64,000 nucleotides of DNA, taken from IMG/VR virus record IMGVR_UViG_2597490289_000004, positions 1 to 64,000 of that record. One strand, 5' to 3'. This document shows positions 42,691 through 53,488 of this stretch, piece by piece. The position numbers were made by a program, and so were the translations under genes. The notes under the pieces were generated by a model. It did not search any database. It was not told where the DNA came from and saw only the letters and a program-made list of their open reading frames with translations. This DNA comes from a virus (lineage: Duplodnaviria > Caudoviricetes). Positions within the stretch are counted from its first letter, which is position 1. Every line of letters starts with the position of its first letter.

Positions 42691-43965
42691 ATGAAATTTA
42701 ATAAGAAGGGGAAGGTTATTGCTACTATTGCACTTGTAATTGCAGTAGTTATAGGAATATTTGCTTTTAAAATATTTCATAGAGTAACTAACTCTCCTAT
42801 GATTAAAAGTGAAGATAGAAATGAGAAATTTATAGCAGATATTGAGTTCTTAAAAAAGGAATTACCTAAAAAGCATAAGAATTTATTTTTTTCTAAATCA
42901 GAAGAAGAATTCAATGATGAGATTGACTCACTAATTAACAATGTTTCAAGATATAGTGATGAAGAGATAAATGGTGAACTTGCAAAAATAATAGTATCTA
43001 TTAATGACAGTCATACTAATGTAGATATTATGGGTTCACTAGCTTATCCATTAAATTTCTTTCAGTTTGGAAATGATATATATCTTGTTGATGGGGATTC
43101 AGAATATAAAGAGTATTGGGGAAAAAAGCTTGTTTCAATAAATGGATATTCAATAAATCAATTAAAAGAAAAATTAGAACCTTTTATATCCAAGGATAAT
43201 GAAGCTATAAGTAAAAATCAGTTTTCAGTATTATTAAAATGTGTAGAAGTATTAAAACTTAGTGGAATAGTAAAGGAAGATAATGCAACCTTTACATTTG
43301 AGGGTTCATCTAATGCTGATGTTATGATGAAACCAGTTACAATGGAAGAGTATATGAATATAACAACATTATCAAGTGATGAAGAGTTTAAAAATAGATT
43401 TCCTATATCAAAACAGAACTCAAATGATAATTATTGGTTTAAGTACATTGAAGAAGAAAATACTGTGTATGTAAAATACAATTCATGTATGGAAATGAAA
43501 GAGTATTCTTTTTCTAAATTTACGAAGGATGTATTTAATGTTATTGACACAAAAAATGCAACTAAATTAGTTGTAGATTTAAGAGATAATGGTGGAGGAA
43601 ATTCTAGAATTTTTGAAACATTTTTAGATGAAATAAAGAAAAGAGAAAATATAAATAAAGAAGGGAATCTCTATGCTATTATAGGAAGGAGAACATTCTC
43701 ATCAGCAGTACTAAATGCAATGAGTCTTAGAAATGAAACTAATGCTACATTAATAGGAGAGCCAACAGGTGGAAAACCTAATCATTTTGGAGAGGTAAAA
43801 ACTATACATTTATCTAATGTGAATATTGATGTTAATTATTCAAGCAATTATTTTAAAACCTCAGATGAAGATACAGATTCAATTTATCCAAATGTAGAAA
43901 TAAACTTAAAAGCAGAATCATTCTTTAATGGACAAGATGACTTTTTGGAGTATGTAATAAGATAA
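42691..43965 (+). CDS. S41-family peptidase
   Basis: DSHT, VDLRDNGGG, TFSSA and GEPTGG motifs; N-terminal TM. Confidence 0.85.
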   Translation: MKFNKKGKVIATIALVIAVVIGIFAFKIFHRVTNSPMIKSEDRNEKFIADIEFLKKELPKKHKNLFFSKSEEEFNDEIDSLINNVSRYSDEEINGELAKIIVSINDSHTNVDIMGSLAYPLNFFQFGNDIYLVDGDSEYKEYWGKKLVSINGYSINQLKEKLEPFISKDNEAISKNQFSVLLKCVEVLKLSGIVKEDNATFTFEGSSNADVMMKPVTMEEYMNITTLSSDEEFKNRFPISKQNSNDNYWFKYIEEENTVYVKYNSCMEMKEYSFSKFTKDVFNVIDTKNATKLVVDLRDNGGGNSRIFETFLDEIKKRENINKEGNLYAIIGRRTFSSAVLNAMSLRNETNATLIGEPTGGKPNHFGEVKTIHLSNVNIDVNYSSNYFKTSDEDTDSIYPNVEINLKAESFFNGQDDFLEYVIR

Positions 43966-44102
43966 CAAATACTTATAATTGCATAAATTTATTAAAGATA
44001 AGGCTTTGTTTTAAATGAAAGCTTATAATTCATTAGTTTTTGAAAATTGAGTTATTGTATTGATAATTTAGACGCTAGATATTAAAAGGAGAATGAGAAT
44101 TT

Positions 44103-44645
44103 ATGGATTTTATAAAAGTTAATGAAAGAAAGTTTACAATATTAAAACTATTAGGAAAAGGTAAAGGTGGTTATTCATATTTGGTAACTGATGATAAGAG
44201 TAATAAATATGTTGTTAAACAAATTCATCATGAACCTTGTGAGTATTATCAATTTGGAAATAAAATAGAATCTGAATTAAATGATTATAATAAGCTTTAT
44301 AAAATAGGGCTTAAAATACCTAAAATGTTAGATGTTGATATAGAAAATGAAAGAATTCTTAAAGAATTTATTGATGGGGATACTATATACAATATGATAT
44401 TAAAGGATAATATGAATGAAAATTATATAAAGCAAATAAAGAATATGTGTAAAAAGTTATATCCAGTCAATATTAATATTGACTATTTTCCAACTAACTT
44501 TATTGTTCAAGATGAATTGATTTGGTATATAGATTACGAATGCAATGAATATATGGAAAAGTGGGATTTTGAGAATTGGGGAATAAAATATTGGTCTAAA
44601 ACTCCAGAATTTATTGAGTATGTTAACAACAACAAAGGCCAGTAA
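44103..44645 (+). CDS. Small protein-kinase-like protein
   Basis: LGKGKGG.SY, V.K, DYFPTNF and IDY motifs. Confidence 0.65.
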   Translation: MDFIKVNERKFTILKLLGKGKGGYSYLVTDDKSNKYVVKQIHHEPCEYYQFGNKIESELNDYNKLYKIGLKIPKMLDVDIENERILKEFIDGDTIYNMILKDNMNENYIKQIKNMCKKLYPVNINIDYFPTNFIVQDELIWYIDYECNEYMEKWDFENWGIKYWSKTPEFIEYVNNNKGQ

Positions 44646-44742
44646 TTATAATATAATCAAAAGAATTTAATTGATGAAGCTATAACATCAATTAGGTTCT
44701 TTTTTTGTATTAAATAATTATAAAAAATTATTAATTTTAAAT

Positions 44743-44760
44743 TAGTAACATATGTTACAG
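44743..44760. promoter_or_regulatory. Palindromic operator upstream of hcp (HcpR2-like Crp/Fnr site)
   Basis: Perfect palindrome GTAACATATGTTAC, resembling the motif predicted for clostridial HcpR2. Confidence 0.65.
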
Positions 44761-44862
44761 AAAAAGTGAAAAGAATATAGTAGAATTTGAATTGTTAAAG
44801 TTAAGAAATAACAAAAAGAAATTAATAATTTTTATATAAAAAGAGAAATAGGAGGAAATAAT

Positions 44863-45792
44863 ATGTCAATGTTTTGTTATCAATGTCAAGAAACAGCAGG
44901 GTGCAAAGGCTGTACTAAAGTAGGTGTTTGTGGTAAAGACGAACATGTAGCAAAGGCGCAAGATTTATTAATATATGTAACTAAAGGACTAGCTATAGTA
45001 AGTAATGAGGGAAGAAAAGTTGGAGTTATAGATAGTAAAGTTGATAAATACATAACAGAAAATTTATTTACAACAATTACAAATGCTAATTTTGATAGAG
45101 ATTCTATTTTAGATAGAGTAAGAGAAACTTTAAAATTAAGAGAAATTCTAAAAGCTAAAGTTATTAAAGCTGGTGGTAAAGTTGGAGAAGTAAAAGTAAG
45201 TGGTGGTTTCTTCAAAAAAATATTTGGAATGCAAACTACAGAGATGATAATGCCAGATGCAGCAACTTGGACAGCTGATAATATAATAGAATTTGATGTA
45301 AAGGCTGAAAAAGTTGGGGTACTTGCAACAGAAAATGAGGATATAAGAAGCTTAAGAGAACTTATAACTTATGGATTAAAAGGATTATCTGCTTATATGA
45401 AACATGCTATGAACTTAAAATATAACAATGAAGAAGTTCATGGATTTATGGCAAGAGCATTAGCAGCTACATTAGATGATAGTTTAACTGTTGATGATTT
45501 AGTTGCACTTGCATTAGAAGCTGGTAAATTTGGTGTAGATGGTATGGCATTACTTGATAAAGCTAATACTGAAAGTTATGGCCATCCTGAAATAACTACT
45601 GTAGATATTGGAGTTAGAACTAATCCAGGAATATTAATTTCAGGACATGATTTAAAAGATCTAGAGATGTTACTTAAACAAACAGAAGGAACTGGAGTAG
45701 ATGTATATACTCATGGAGAAATGCTTGCTGGACAATACTACCCAAAATTCAAGAAATATAAACACTTTGCAGGAAATTATGGTAATGCATGA
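44863..45792 (+). pseudogene. hcp: Hybrid-cluster protein (hydroxylamine reductase), 5' part, interrupted by prophage 2
   Basis: [10 protein letters not shown]...GVCGK, SGHDL, YTHGEM; stops at GNYGNA where GNAW is expected. Confidence 0.93.
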
Positions 45793-45811
45793 ATGACAAA
45801 TGTAATACATA

Positions 45812-47278
45812 TTAAATAGTAATTTTATTTTTATATGGATCATATTGCAAATTAGTAAATATCAGTTTTAGAATTCTATTTTTCTCTTTTGTAGACTTTA
45901 ACTTGTTAAATTCAATTATTTTATTATAAATAAATTCTGAGCTAGTATCATTAGCTTTTTTTTGCATTTCTAAAAGTTTCTCAATTTCTATTTTGTTTTT
46001 TATTTCATTATTTCTTTGTGTAAGTTCCTCAATTTTTTCTATAAAAATTTTAGAGGCTTCAGTACTCAATAAAGCAACTTTTTCAACCAAACCATTTATT
46101 GCATTATTGTTTTTATTAAGTTGTTTTTCTAAATTTGATATATTTGACTCTCTGCCTTCTTTGGGATCAGAAAATAATTTTTTAAATATATCTTTATTTT
46201 CTAGCTGTTTAAGGAACTGAGATATTTTTTCTTCAAGTAAATCAGCTTTTATGTATTTCTTATTTTTACATTTCTCTTTTGATTTATCTATTCCAGTCTT
46301 GGTTCTGTTTATTCTATTTTGACACACATAATATCTAACTTTATTTGATTGGGAAAGTTGATAATAACCTCCACAATAAGGGCATTTTAATACAGAAGAT
46401 AAAAAATTAACTTCACTTGTATTTTTAAATTGCTCTTTTCTTTCATCAAGTTGCATTTGCACTTTCAACCATATGTTTGAATCTAAAACACCAATATGCT
46501 TTCCGACAATAGCAATAGGGGTATTATTTATTTTCCCATATGTCATATATCCACTTTTATTATCAACTTGCCCTATAACTTCATACCCCTTTGATTTTAA
46601 ATAATTAGTTACTTCCTTGGAGGATTTTACATATATAGGGTTCCTTAAAACTTTTCTATACCCCTCCCTACTAATTGTGATTCCTTTTTCTTTTAAAAAT
46701 TTGTATCCAAGAAATAAACTTCCATTATCTAAATATGAGTTGAAATATGAATGTATTAAATCAGAATCAATTATTTGTAAGCAACTTTTTTTGTTTTCTT
46801 TTATAATTTTACATCCCTTTGGAACAGTACCACCAGTATAATAACCTTTTCTAGCTAATTGCAACATATTATCTTTTACACGTTCAGCAATAGTTTCTCT
46901 TTCTAACTGTGCAAACACAGAAGCTATATAAATCATAGCTCTGCCCATTGGCGTGCTTGTATCAAATTGTTCTTTAATACTTATAAAAGTAACATTATAC
47001 TTTTGTAACAATTCCAATGTTGATGAAAAATCTGCTACATTTCTACTTATTCTATCTAGCCTATAGCAAATCAGTGCATCAAACTTATTCATTTTACATT
47101 CTAATATCAATCTTTTAAATGCTGGCCTATTTATATTTTTCCCTGAATAGCCTTCATCTTCGAATATTTCATATTCGTTATCACCTTTAAAATAGGTTTT
47201 GCATAAATTTATTTGAGTTTTTATACTTTCAGAGTTTTCAACATAAACAGATTTTCTTGTATATATAGCTATTCTCAT
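45812..47278 (-). CDS. Large serine recombinase (integrase)
   Basis: IYTRKS, DEGYSG...RP, RLDRISRN, recombinase domain and Zn ribbon (CPYCG). Confidence 0.95.
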   Translation of the reverse strand: MRIAIYTRKSVYVENSESIKTQINLCKTYFKGDNEYEIFEDEGYSGKNINRPAFKRLILECKMNKFDALICYRLDRISRNVADFSSTLELLQKYNVTFISIKEQFDTSTPMGRAMIYIASVFAQLERETIAERVKDNMLQLARKGYYTGGTVPKGCKIIKENKKSCLQIIDSDLIHSYFNSYLDNGSLFLGYKFLKEKGITISREGYRKVLRNPIYVKSSKEVTNYLKSKGYEVIGQVDNKSGYMTYGKINNTPIAIVGKHIGVLDSNIWLKVQMQLDERKEQFKNTSEVNFLSSVLKCPYCGGYYQLSQSNKVRYYVCQNRINRTKTGIDKSKEKCKNKKYIKADLLEEKISQFLKQLENKDIFKKLFSDPKEGRESNISNLEKQLNKNNNAINGLVEKVALLSTEASKIFIEKIEELTQRNNEIKNKIEIEKLLEMQKKANDTSSEFIYNKIIEFNKLKSTKEKNRILKLIFTNLQYDPYKNKITI

Positions 47279-47637
47279 TATTTTTTCCCTTTCTTTAAAA
47301 TCTCAATTTCTGTTTTTACCATATTTAATATCATATCGTGTGTATTTTGGTCTATGTTATTTGAATCAGTGATTACTCCACTTTCAACTAAAAATTCTAA
47401 AAAGTTACTTACTAAAGTTTCTCTTTCAACTGTTGCAGTTTTCTCTGTAAGGCCTTCTAAATAGTCCATGCTTACATTGAAATATTGAGCAACCTTTTTT
47501 GTTAATTCTCTTCCACCATCCTGTTGACTGCTTTCTATCATACCTATGAGGCTTCTAGATACTCCTAGCTCTTTTGCAAGCTGTTGTTGAGTTATATTAT
47601 TTTCATTCCTTAATTTTTTTAATATATCTGCTTTCAT
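47278..47637 (-). CDS. CI-like XRE repressor
   Basis: TQQQLAKELGVSRS.IG.IE; start reassigned to ATG 47637 after AAGGAG. Confidence 0.85.
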   Translation of the reverse strand: MKADILKKLRNENNITQQQLAKELGVSRSLIGMIESSQQDGGRELTKKVAQYFNVSMDYLEGLTEKTATVERETLVSNFLEFLVESGVITDSNNIDQNTHDMILNMVKTEIEILKKGKK

Positions 47638-47694
47638 TTTTACTAAAATCTCCTTATCACATAAAATCATATATAATGACCATAAACAAAATAT

Positions 47695-47868
47695 TATCAC
47701 AAATAGTGACAAAATAAAAGAGAACATATATTCTAAAATGAAATAATTTGGATTAATTTTTATTAAATAAATGCTATAAAAGGTTAATTTTTCTAGGTCA
47801 CTCTGTATGACTTTATATGACCTAATACGGGAAAATACAAGGGTTGAGAGATGTCACTTATTGTGACA
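47695..47868. promoter_or_regulatory. Repressor operators (TCAC-N5-RTGAC)
   Basis: TATCACAAATAGTGACA at 47695, GGTCACTCTGTATGACT at 47796, TGTCACTTATTGTGACA at 47852. Confidence 0.65.
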
Positions 47869-47900
47869 TAATAAAAACATCAGCTACGGGAGGTGAGTAG

Positions 47901-48131
47901 GTGTTTAAAGAACTAAGAAAGAAGACAGGCTATAGTACAGAACATGTAGCCAAATTATTAAAAATAAATAAATGGACACTTTATAAATTTGAAGAATATC
48001 ATTTGTTGCCTTCAATAAAAATTTTACTAGGAATGCGTGGAATTTACAACTGTTCTTATGAAGAAATTATGCAATCTTATGAATTTGCGAAAGGAGTTTA
48101 TAATGAGAGACGAATTAACAAGACAAGTTAA
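47901..48131 (+). CDS. Cro-like HTH protein
   Basis: XRE HTH divergent from the repressor. Confidence 0.8.
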   Translation: MFKELRKKTGYSTEHVAKLLKINKWTLYKFEEYHLLPSIKILLGMRGIYNCSYEEIMQSYEFAKGVYNERRINKTS

Positions 48132-48555
48132 AAATTTAGATTTAACAGAAATCAAAATGGTTTTTGGTAATGTTGAAAAAGTTCTACTTCAGCAAAAGAT
48201 AATTAATAAATATGGAGAAAATTTAATTGTTAGAAATTCCTGATACTAAAAACTCAATTGTTTTAACAAAAAATCAATATCCAGATTTGCCTTTTGATGA
48301 AGTAGAAATAAATAATCCAAAAGAATTTAAGGAAAAAATAAATCTTTATCATAAACTTATGGTTGAAGCTTATTATAGAGGAAGTTTTACAACAGAATCA
48401 GAATAAGAGGTCGCAGACCAATAACTTAATTTAATTCTTAACATAACAATTTTAAAGACAAGCACATCTAAAGCTCAAAAAGCAATTACATCTAGTAATT
48501 TTCAGCTTAAGAGTAGTAGAAAGTAAATAACAAGCTAATTTAAGGAGGAGAATAT

Positions 48556-49308
48556 ATGGATAAAAAAGTTTTACAAGTATCTCAAATTGGAGATAAAACA
48601 AAATTATTTAAGGATACAGAATTAAAATTCCGAGTTAGAACAATTCAAAATAATAATGGAAGTATTTTAGTTAGTGCTGAAGATACTGCTATTGGATTTG
48701 GATGGACAAAGACAGAGAATAAAGGAACTAAACAATATACATCTATTAGATGGGAAACAATTAATAACTATTGCAAGGATTTAGGCTTCGACAACAAGTT
48801 GGCGAAAGAAGATTACATTCCAGAAAGTCTATTTTATATGCTAGGAATGAAAGCGAATAATAAAGTAGCTCAAGATTTTCAAAGGTGGCTAGCAGTTGAT
48901 GTAATACCTTCTATAAGAAAAACAGGAGCATACCAAATGCCTAAAATGTCAAAGGAGTTACAAGCAATATTTGCAATCGATGAAAGAACAGTTGAATTAG
49001 ACAGCAGAATTACCAAATTAGAAAATAATACAACAATAGATTATTCACAACAGGAAGAATTAAGAACTCTTGGAACTAAAAAAGTAGTTGCAATTTTAGG
49101 TGGAACAGATGCACCAGCATATAAAGAACTTAATAAGAAGGTATTCAGCAGTTTTTGGAGAGATTATAAAAGAAAACTTGAAGTTAATTCATATAAGAAT
49201 ACATTAGTAAAAGATTTTGAAACAGGAAAACAAGCTATCATAAATTGGTGTCCAAGCAAGGAAGTATCTTTTATGATTAGAGGTTGTAATGCTCAAATGA
49301 GAATGTAA
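48556..49308 (+). CDS. BRO-N/ORF6C antirepressor
   Basis: FQRWL..DVIPSIRKTGAY; shares MSKELQAIF with 437-1201. Confidence 0.8.
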   Translation: MDKKVLQVSQIGDKTKLFKDTELKFRVRTIQNNNGSILVSAEDTAIGFGWTKTENKGTKQYTSIRWETINNYCKDLGFDNKLAKEDYIPESLFYMLGMKANNKVAQDFQRWLAVDVIPSIRKTGAYQMPKMSKELQAIFAIDERTVELDSRITKLENNTTIDYSQQEELRTLGTKKVVAILGGTDAPAYKELNKKVFSSFWRDYKRKLEVNSYKNTLVKDFETGKQAIINWCPSKEVSFMIRGCNAQMRM

Positions 49309-49373
49309 GATAAGAGACTTTATATTAAATCTTTTATCTTAACATAATAACAGAATTGTAAGGAGGAATAAAC

Positions 49374-49916
49374 ATGATACGAATAATTAACAATACATTA
49401 TATCTAAATGATGGTACTTTTTATAACTTAAGCAATACAAGTAAAAAAAGAGTTTTGCAAGGATTAAATTCTCAATTACAAGAAGGAAGTTTGACCAAAA
49501 CTGAATATAATCAATGCCTAGAATTAATTTCAATGAGTAAAAAAGAAGAATTAAAAAGATTAGAGGAAGTATGTAAACCAGTAGTGGATTATTTAAAAAA
49601 GAATTATGATCCACATTGCGCAGTAGTTATTACAGATAGTCAAATAAGATTAGTTAGAGATGAAATAGATATTCCAGTAGGAACTGCTCAAGAAGTACCA
49701 GTTCAAGAGCAGCCAAAAGTAACATTTGATTATTTTATAGATAAACCATCAAAAGTAATTTTAACTAATGATGAAGTCCTATATAAAAACTTAATAAAAA
49801 ATTATAGAACTATTTATATGTTTGGACCTGAACTTAATAAAGGTAATAATTCAGATCATACTTTATCAATTAGCACTAATGATTATCGTTTGGTTCAAAT
49901 CCCGTTGGATAAATAG
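49374..49916 (+). CDS. Hypothetical phage protein
   Basis: AAGGAGG RBS; long ORF. Confidence 0.55.
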   Translation: MIRIINNTLYLNDGTFYNLSNTSKKRVLQGLNSQLQEGSLTKTEYNQCLELISMSKKEELKRLEEVCKPVVDYLKKNYDPHCAVVITDSQIRLVRDEIDIPVGTAQEVPVQEQPKVTFDYFIDKPSKVILTNDEVLYKNLIKNYRTIYMFGPELNKGNNSDHTLSISTNDYRLVQIPLDK

Positions 49917-50097
49917 GATTACCTTTTGATGATAACCAACCAAGTTGAGTGAATTGAACTTCATTTAAATTTAAATTACCTATAATATCCCATCCAACTT
50001 TAACAAATTCATTAATATGTTTATTAACACTAGATTTGTTAAGTTTAGTAGATTGGAAAATATGATAATTTAGATAACCTTCAACATTAGGAAACAT
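49876..50097 (-). CDS. Small hypothetical protein, inverted orientation
   Basis: AAGGGGGTG RBS before MFPNVEG. Confidence 0.55.
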   Translation of the reverse strand: MFPNVEGYLNYHIFQSTKLNKSSVNKHINEFVKVGWDIIGNLNLNEVQFTQLGWLSSKGNPIYPTGFEPNDNH

Positions 50098-50168
50098 AAA
50101 AACACCCCCTTTCAACATAATTTTACCATATGTTAGGGGAAATAAAAAATATTAGGAGGAATGTAAAA

Positions 50169-50423
50169 ATGAAATCAACAGGCATTGTAAGAAAAATGGA
50201 CGAGTTAGGAAGGGTAGTAATACCAATGGAACTAAGAAGGAACTTAAATATTGCTGAAAAGGATGCATTAGAAATTTATGTAGAAGGAGATAACATAATT
50301 TTAAAAAAGTATACTCCTGGATGTTTTATCTGCCAAGAGATTGATAATTTGGTTATTATTCCGGATTCAAAAGTTAAGATTTGTCCAAAATGTTTAGCTA
50401 AATTAAGAAGTAAGCTACTTTAA
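50169..50423 (+). CDS. abrB: AbrB-family regulator with C-terminal Zn ribbon
   Basis: MKSTGIVRKMDELGRVVIPMELRR; CxxC...CxxC. Confidence 0.88.
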   Translation: MKSTGIVRKMDELGRVVIPMELRRNLNIAEKDALEIYVEGDNIILKKYTPGCFICQEIDNLVIIPDSKVKICPKCLAKLRSKLL

Positions 50424-50812
50424 GGAGGATTAACATGGAAGATGTAAATTTGTATGTAAACTTGCTTTCTAAGAAGAGACATAAGGTATCTATTGTAAAG
50501 AGAATAGTAAAAAGGATTTTAGGGTTATGAATAATCCAAGAAAGTTAAATAACAGACACAAAAGATTCTTAAGTGAACAGGGATATAATCCAAAAGATTT
50601 TTTAATAGTGAGTGAGGGATATGACTATTATACATTTTACAGTAAAACTATTAAGAAGGTATTTGATATGAGGAGGTAGTAATGGGGAAGTTAGCAGATT
50701 ATGCAGAGCAATCAAAAGAAGTAGAAAGGTTAGTTCAAGATGAAAGATACAGCATAGAAGAAGCTTTAAAAATTGTAAAAGAAAAATATTCAAGCAAGGA
50801 GGAAGAAAGGCA

Positions 50813-51321
50813 ATGAAGGAGAACTGGTTTGCATTATACCTAGCTGTAGTTGGAGAAAAAAGTTTAGATACTGCTTTAGGAATAATGGGAATAAGACCTA
50901 AAAGAGAATATATTAAAAACTCCAATTTAAAGTTAGATAATAGCGCAGTTAAATTAATAGAATTTCTTAAACTAGAGCATACATGGGAAGAAATAGGAGA
51001 AATGTGTGGAGTTAAAGGAGATTATTTAAGAAACAAGGTTAAAAATTATAAAGCTACCAAGAACTCCGACCAAAGCGTTCCTAGTAGCACAGCAAAATTT
51101 TCAATTTCATTATACCACAAAACTGGAGGTGTGCAATGGTAAGTATTAAAAGATTTGAACAAAAGTCAGCGATAGTTAATTCAATAGTTGAAGATATAGT
51201 ACATGCCTTACCGGACAACGAAATTGCTGAGGAGTTAGAAAATAATTTTGGTGAACTCTATAGTATGATTTTAGGTTTGTGTGAAACCTTAGGTGTATTA
51301 AATTCAGATATTGAGAAATAA
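50813..51321 (+). CDS. Two hypothetical proteins (50813-51142, 51136-51321)
   Basis: RBS-bearing ORFs in the early operon. Confidence 0.6.
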
Positions 51322-51338
51322 ATAAGGAGGATTTTATT

Positions 51339-51851
51339 ATGGAAAATACATTATTAAAACAATATTTGCAAGAAGAAAGAAGAGAAAGTTTTAAAATAGA
51401 AAATTTAGAAGGTGCTACATGGGCTTTTAGAAAATTAAGAGCTATTGGAACTAAGAAAGCAGAAGTTGAAGCTGTAGCAGCCGAGGAAATTGCACGAATC
51501 GAAGCTTGGAAGCAAGAACAGCTAAAACAATATGATGATGATACAGAGTTCTTTGAAGGTTGCATAAGCGTTTATTTTGTAGAAGAAAGAGCAAAGGATA
51601 AAAAGTTTAAATTATCTACACCGTATGGAAAAGTAAGTAGTAGAAAATCTAAGAAGTGGATTTATGAAGATGAAGCAGCACTTAAGGAATATGTAAAGGA
51701 AAATGAAATAGAAGCTATTAGAGTTAAAGAGGAACTTGATAAAACAGTTCTTAAAAAGATATGCAAAGATGGAGTTAATACTGAAACTGGTGAAATACTT
51801 CCAGGAGTAAGAATTGAAGAAACTGAGACTATTGAAGTTAAAGCAGAATAG
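51339..51851 (+). CDS. Mu Gam-like host-nuclease inhibitor
   Basis: A.WA.RKL, TPYGKV..RK and ETGEILPGV motifs. Confidence 0.8.
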   Translation: MENTLLKQYLQEERRESFKIENLEGATWAFRKLRAIGTKKAEVEAVAAEEIARIEAWKQEQLKQYDDDTEFFEGCISVYFVEERAKDKKFKLSTPYGKVSSRKSKKWIYEDEAALKEYVKENEIEAIRVKEELDKTVLKKICKDGVNTETGEILPGVRIEETETIEVKAE

Positions 51852-51866
51852 AGAGGTGAGAATTTA

Positions 51867-52433
51867 ATGGAGCTAACAAATCAAGTAAATAATAATAATT
51901 CAGATTTATGGAAATCTTTTATAGAATTTCAAAAAGACTTTAAAGGAATGCAACCAGATGCAACAAATCCCTTTTTTAAGTCATCATATATAACTTTAGA
52001 TGGGATTTTAGAAACTGTAAGACCATTATTAGCTAAACATGGACTTGCAGTACTACAAGAAGCAAAGGGAGTAGATGGTTCAGTAACGATAAAAACAAGA
52101 CTAGTTCATGAAAGCGGACAATATTATGAAACAGACATTTTAGAAATGAAACCTCAGAAAGCTAATGATCCCCAACAAATGGGTTCATGTATAACTTATT
52201 CAAAAAGGTATCAATTGGCAGCATTACTTGGAATTTGTGAAAGTGTAGATGATGATGGGAATACAGCCACATATGGCAATGGCAAATCACCTAATTCTAA
52301 TAAAAATGATAATTCAGCAAAATCATATAAATGTGTATCATGTGGAAATGAAGTCACAGAAAAGGTGGCCAAGTTCAGTTATTCAAAGCATAAGAAAATA
52401 CTTTGTATGGATTGTCAAAAGAAAGAAAAATAA
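51867..52433 (+). CDS. ERF-family ssDNA annealing protein
   Basis: NPFFKS.Y, L.HESGQ and GS.ITY.KRY.L....G...DDDG motifs. Confidence 0.9.
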   Translation: MELTNQVNNNNSDLWKSFIEFQKDFKGMQPDATNPFFKSSYITLDGILETVRPLLAKHGLAVLQEAKGVDGSVTIKTRLVHESGQYYETDILEMKPQKANDPQQMGSCITYSKRYQLAALLGICESVDDDGNTATYGNGKSPNSNKNDNSAKSYKCVSCGNEVTEKVAKFSYSKHKKILCMDCQKKEK

Positions 52434-52444
52434 AGGGTGATTAA

Positions 52445-53314
52445 ATGGCACAAAGAAGGATGTTTAGTCTAAAAGTAATTGATACAGATATGTTTTTAGA
52501 TATGCCACAATCAGCAAGGCTATTATATTACGACCTTTCTATGAGAGCAGATGATGATGGATTTGTAGCTTCACCTAAGAAGATACAAAGAATGATAGGA
52601 TGCTCAGATGATGATTTCAAGATATTAATAGCTAAGAGATTCTTAATTCCATTTGAGAGTGGTGTATGTGTTATAAAGCATTGGAGAATACACAATTATA
52701 TTCGTGCAGATAGGTACGTAGAAACTATTTATAAAGATGAAAAACAAGAGTTAATTGAAGAAAATGGACAATATGAAGTTATACAAAAAGCTAATGACAT
52801 ACCAAATGTCATACCAACGGTTTCCAATTTGTCAACGCAAATGGATACACAGGTTAGGTTAGGTAAGGTTAGGTTAGAGTTAGGTAAGGATAGTATAGAT
52901 AATACAACTAAAGTTGTAAGTAGTACTAAAGTACAACCCATAACATCAAAATGGAATGAATTAGGCTTACAAAAGCTTATTTCTATAAATAAAGGTACTA
53001 ATAGATACAAATTACTTCAAGCGAGAATTAAAGAGTATGGAGAGGAAAAGGTATTACAAGCTATAGAGAACATTAAAGATAGTAGTTTCTTAAAAGGTCA
53101 GAACGGTAAAAGCTGGACAATAACTTTTGATTGGCTAATAAAACCTAATAATTTTGTAAAAGTTCTTGAAGGAAATTACAAAGACAAAGAAATACAGTCT
53201 CAGCAACCAAATAAAAATAGAAAGTCATCATTAAGGTTTGACAATTTTGAAGCAAGGGATTATGACTATGATTCCTTAGAAAAGAAATTATTAGGATGGG
53301 ATGAAAGTAATTAA
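52445..53314 (+). CDS. Replication initiator (replisome organiser)
   Basis: MAQRRMFS, RADDDGF and KHW.IHN; FDWL..NNF.KVLEGNY C-domain; internal AGGTT repeats at about 52850-52890. Confidence 0.85.
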   Translation: MAQRRMFSLKVIDTDMFLDMPQSARLLYYDLSMRADDDGFVASPKKIQRMIGCSDDDFKILIAKRFLIPFESGVCVIKHWRIHNYIRADRYVETIYKDEKQELIEENGQYEVIQKANDIPNVIPTVSNLSTQMDTQVRLGKVRLELGKDSIDNTTKVVSSTKVQPITSKWNELGLQKLISINKGTNRYKLLQARIKEYGEEKVLQAIENIKDSSFLKGQNGKSWTITFDWLIKPNNFVKVLEGNYKDKEIQSQQPNKNRKSSLRFDNFEARDYDYDSLEKKLLGWDESN

Positions 53315-53338
53315 AAATTATAGATTGAGGTGATTAAT

Positions 53339-53488
53339 TTGAAATTTAAAGAGCTTAAGTCAGATTGCAATAAAGTTGATGTATTAATAAACAAGTGGTT
53401 AAAGGAAAATCCAAGCGTAAAAGTTATGGATGTTAATTATACAGCTAACAATTTTGGAAGTCATGTGTTAATTAGTTATGAGGAGTAA
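53339..53488 (+). CDS. 49-aa hypothetical protein, not in the ORF track
   Basis: GAGGTGA RBS, TTG start. Confidence 0.55.
   Translation: MKFKELKSDCNKVDVLINKWLKENPSVKVMDVNYTANNFGSHVLISYEE

Noticed and set aside
45993-47464. Plus-strand ORFs opposite the integrase, and similar antisense ORFs across the structural genes
   Set aside because: Shadow frames of real genes with no RBS.
52850-52890. AGGTT/AGGTA tandem repeats
   Set aside because: Ordinary linker or origin repeats inside phage replication initiators.
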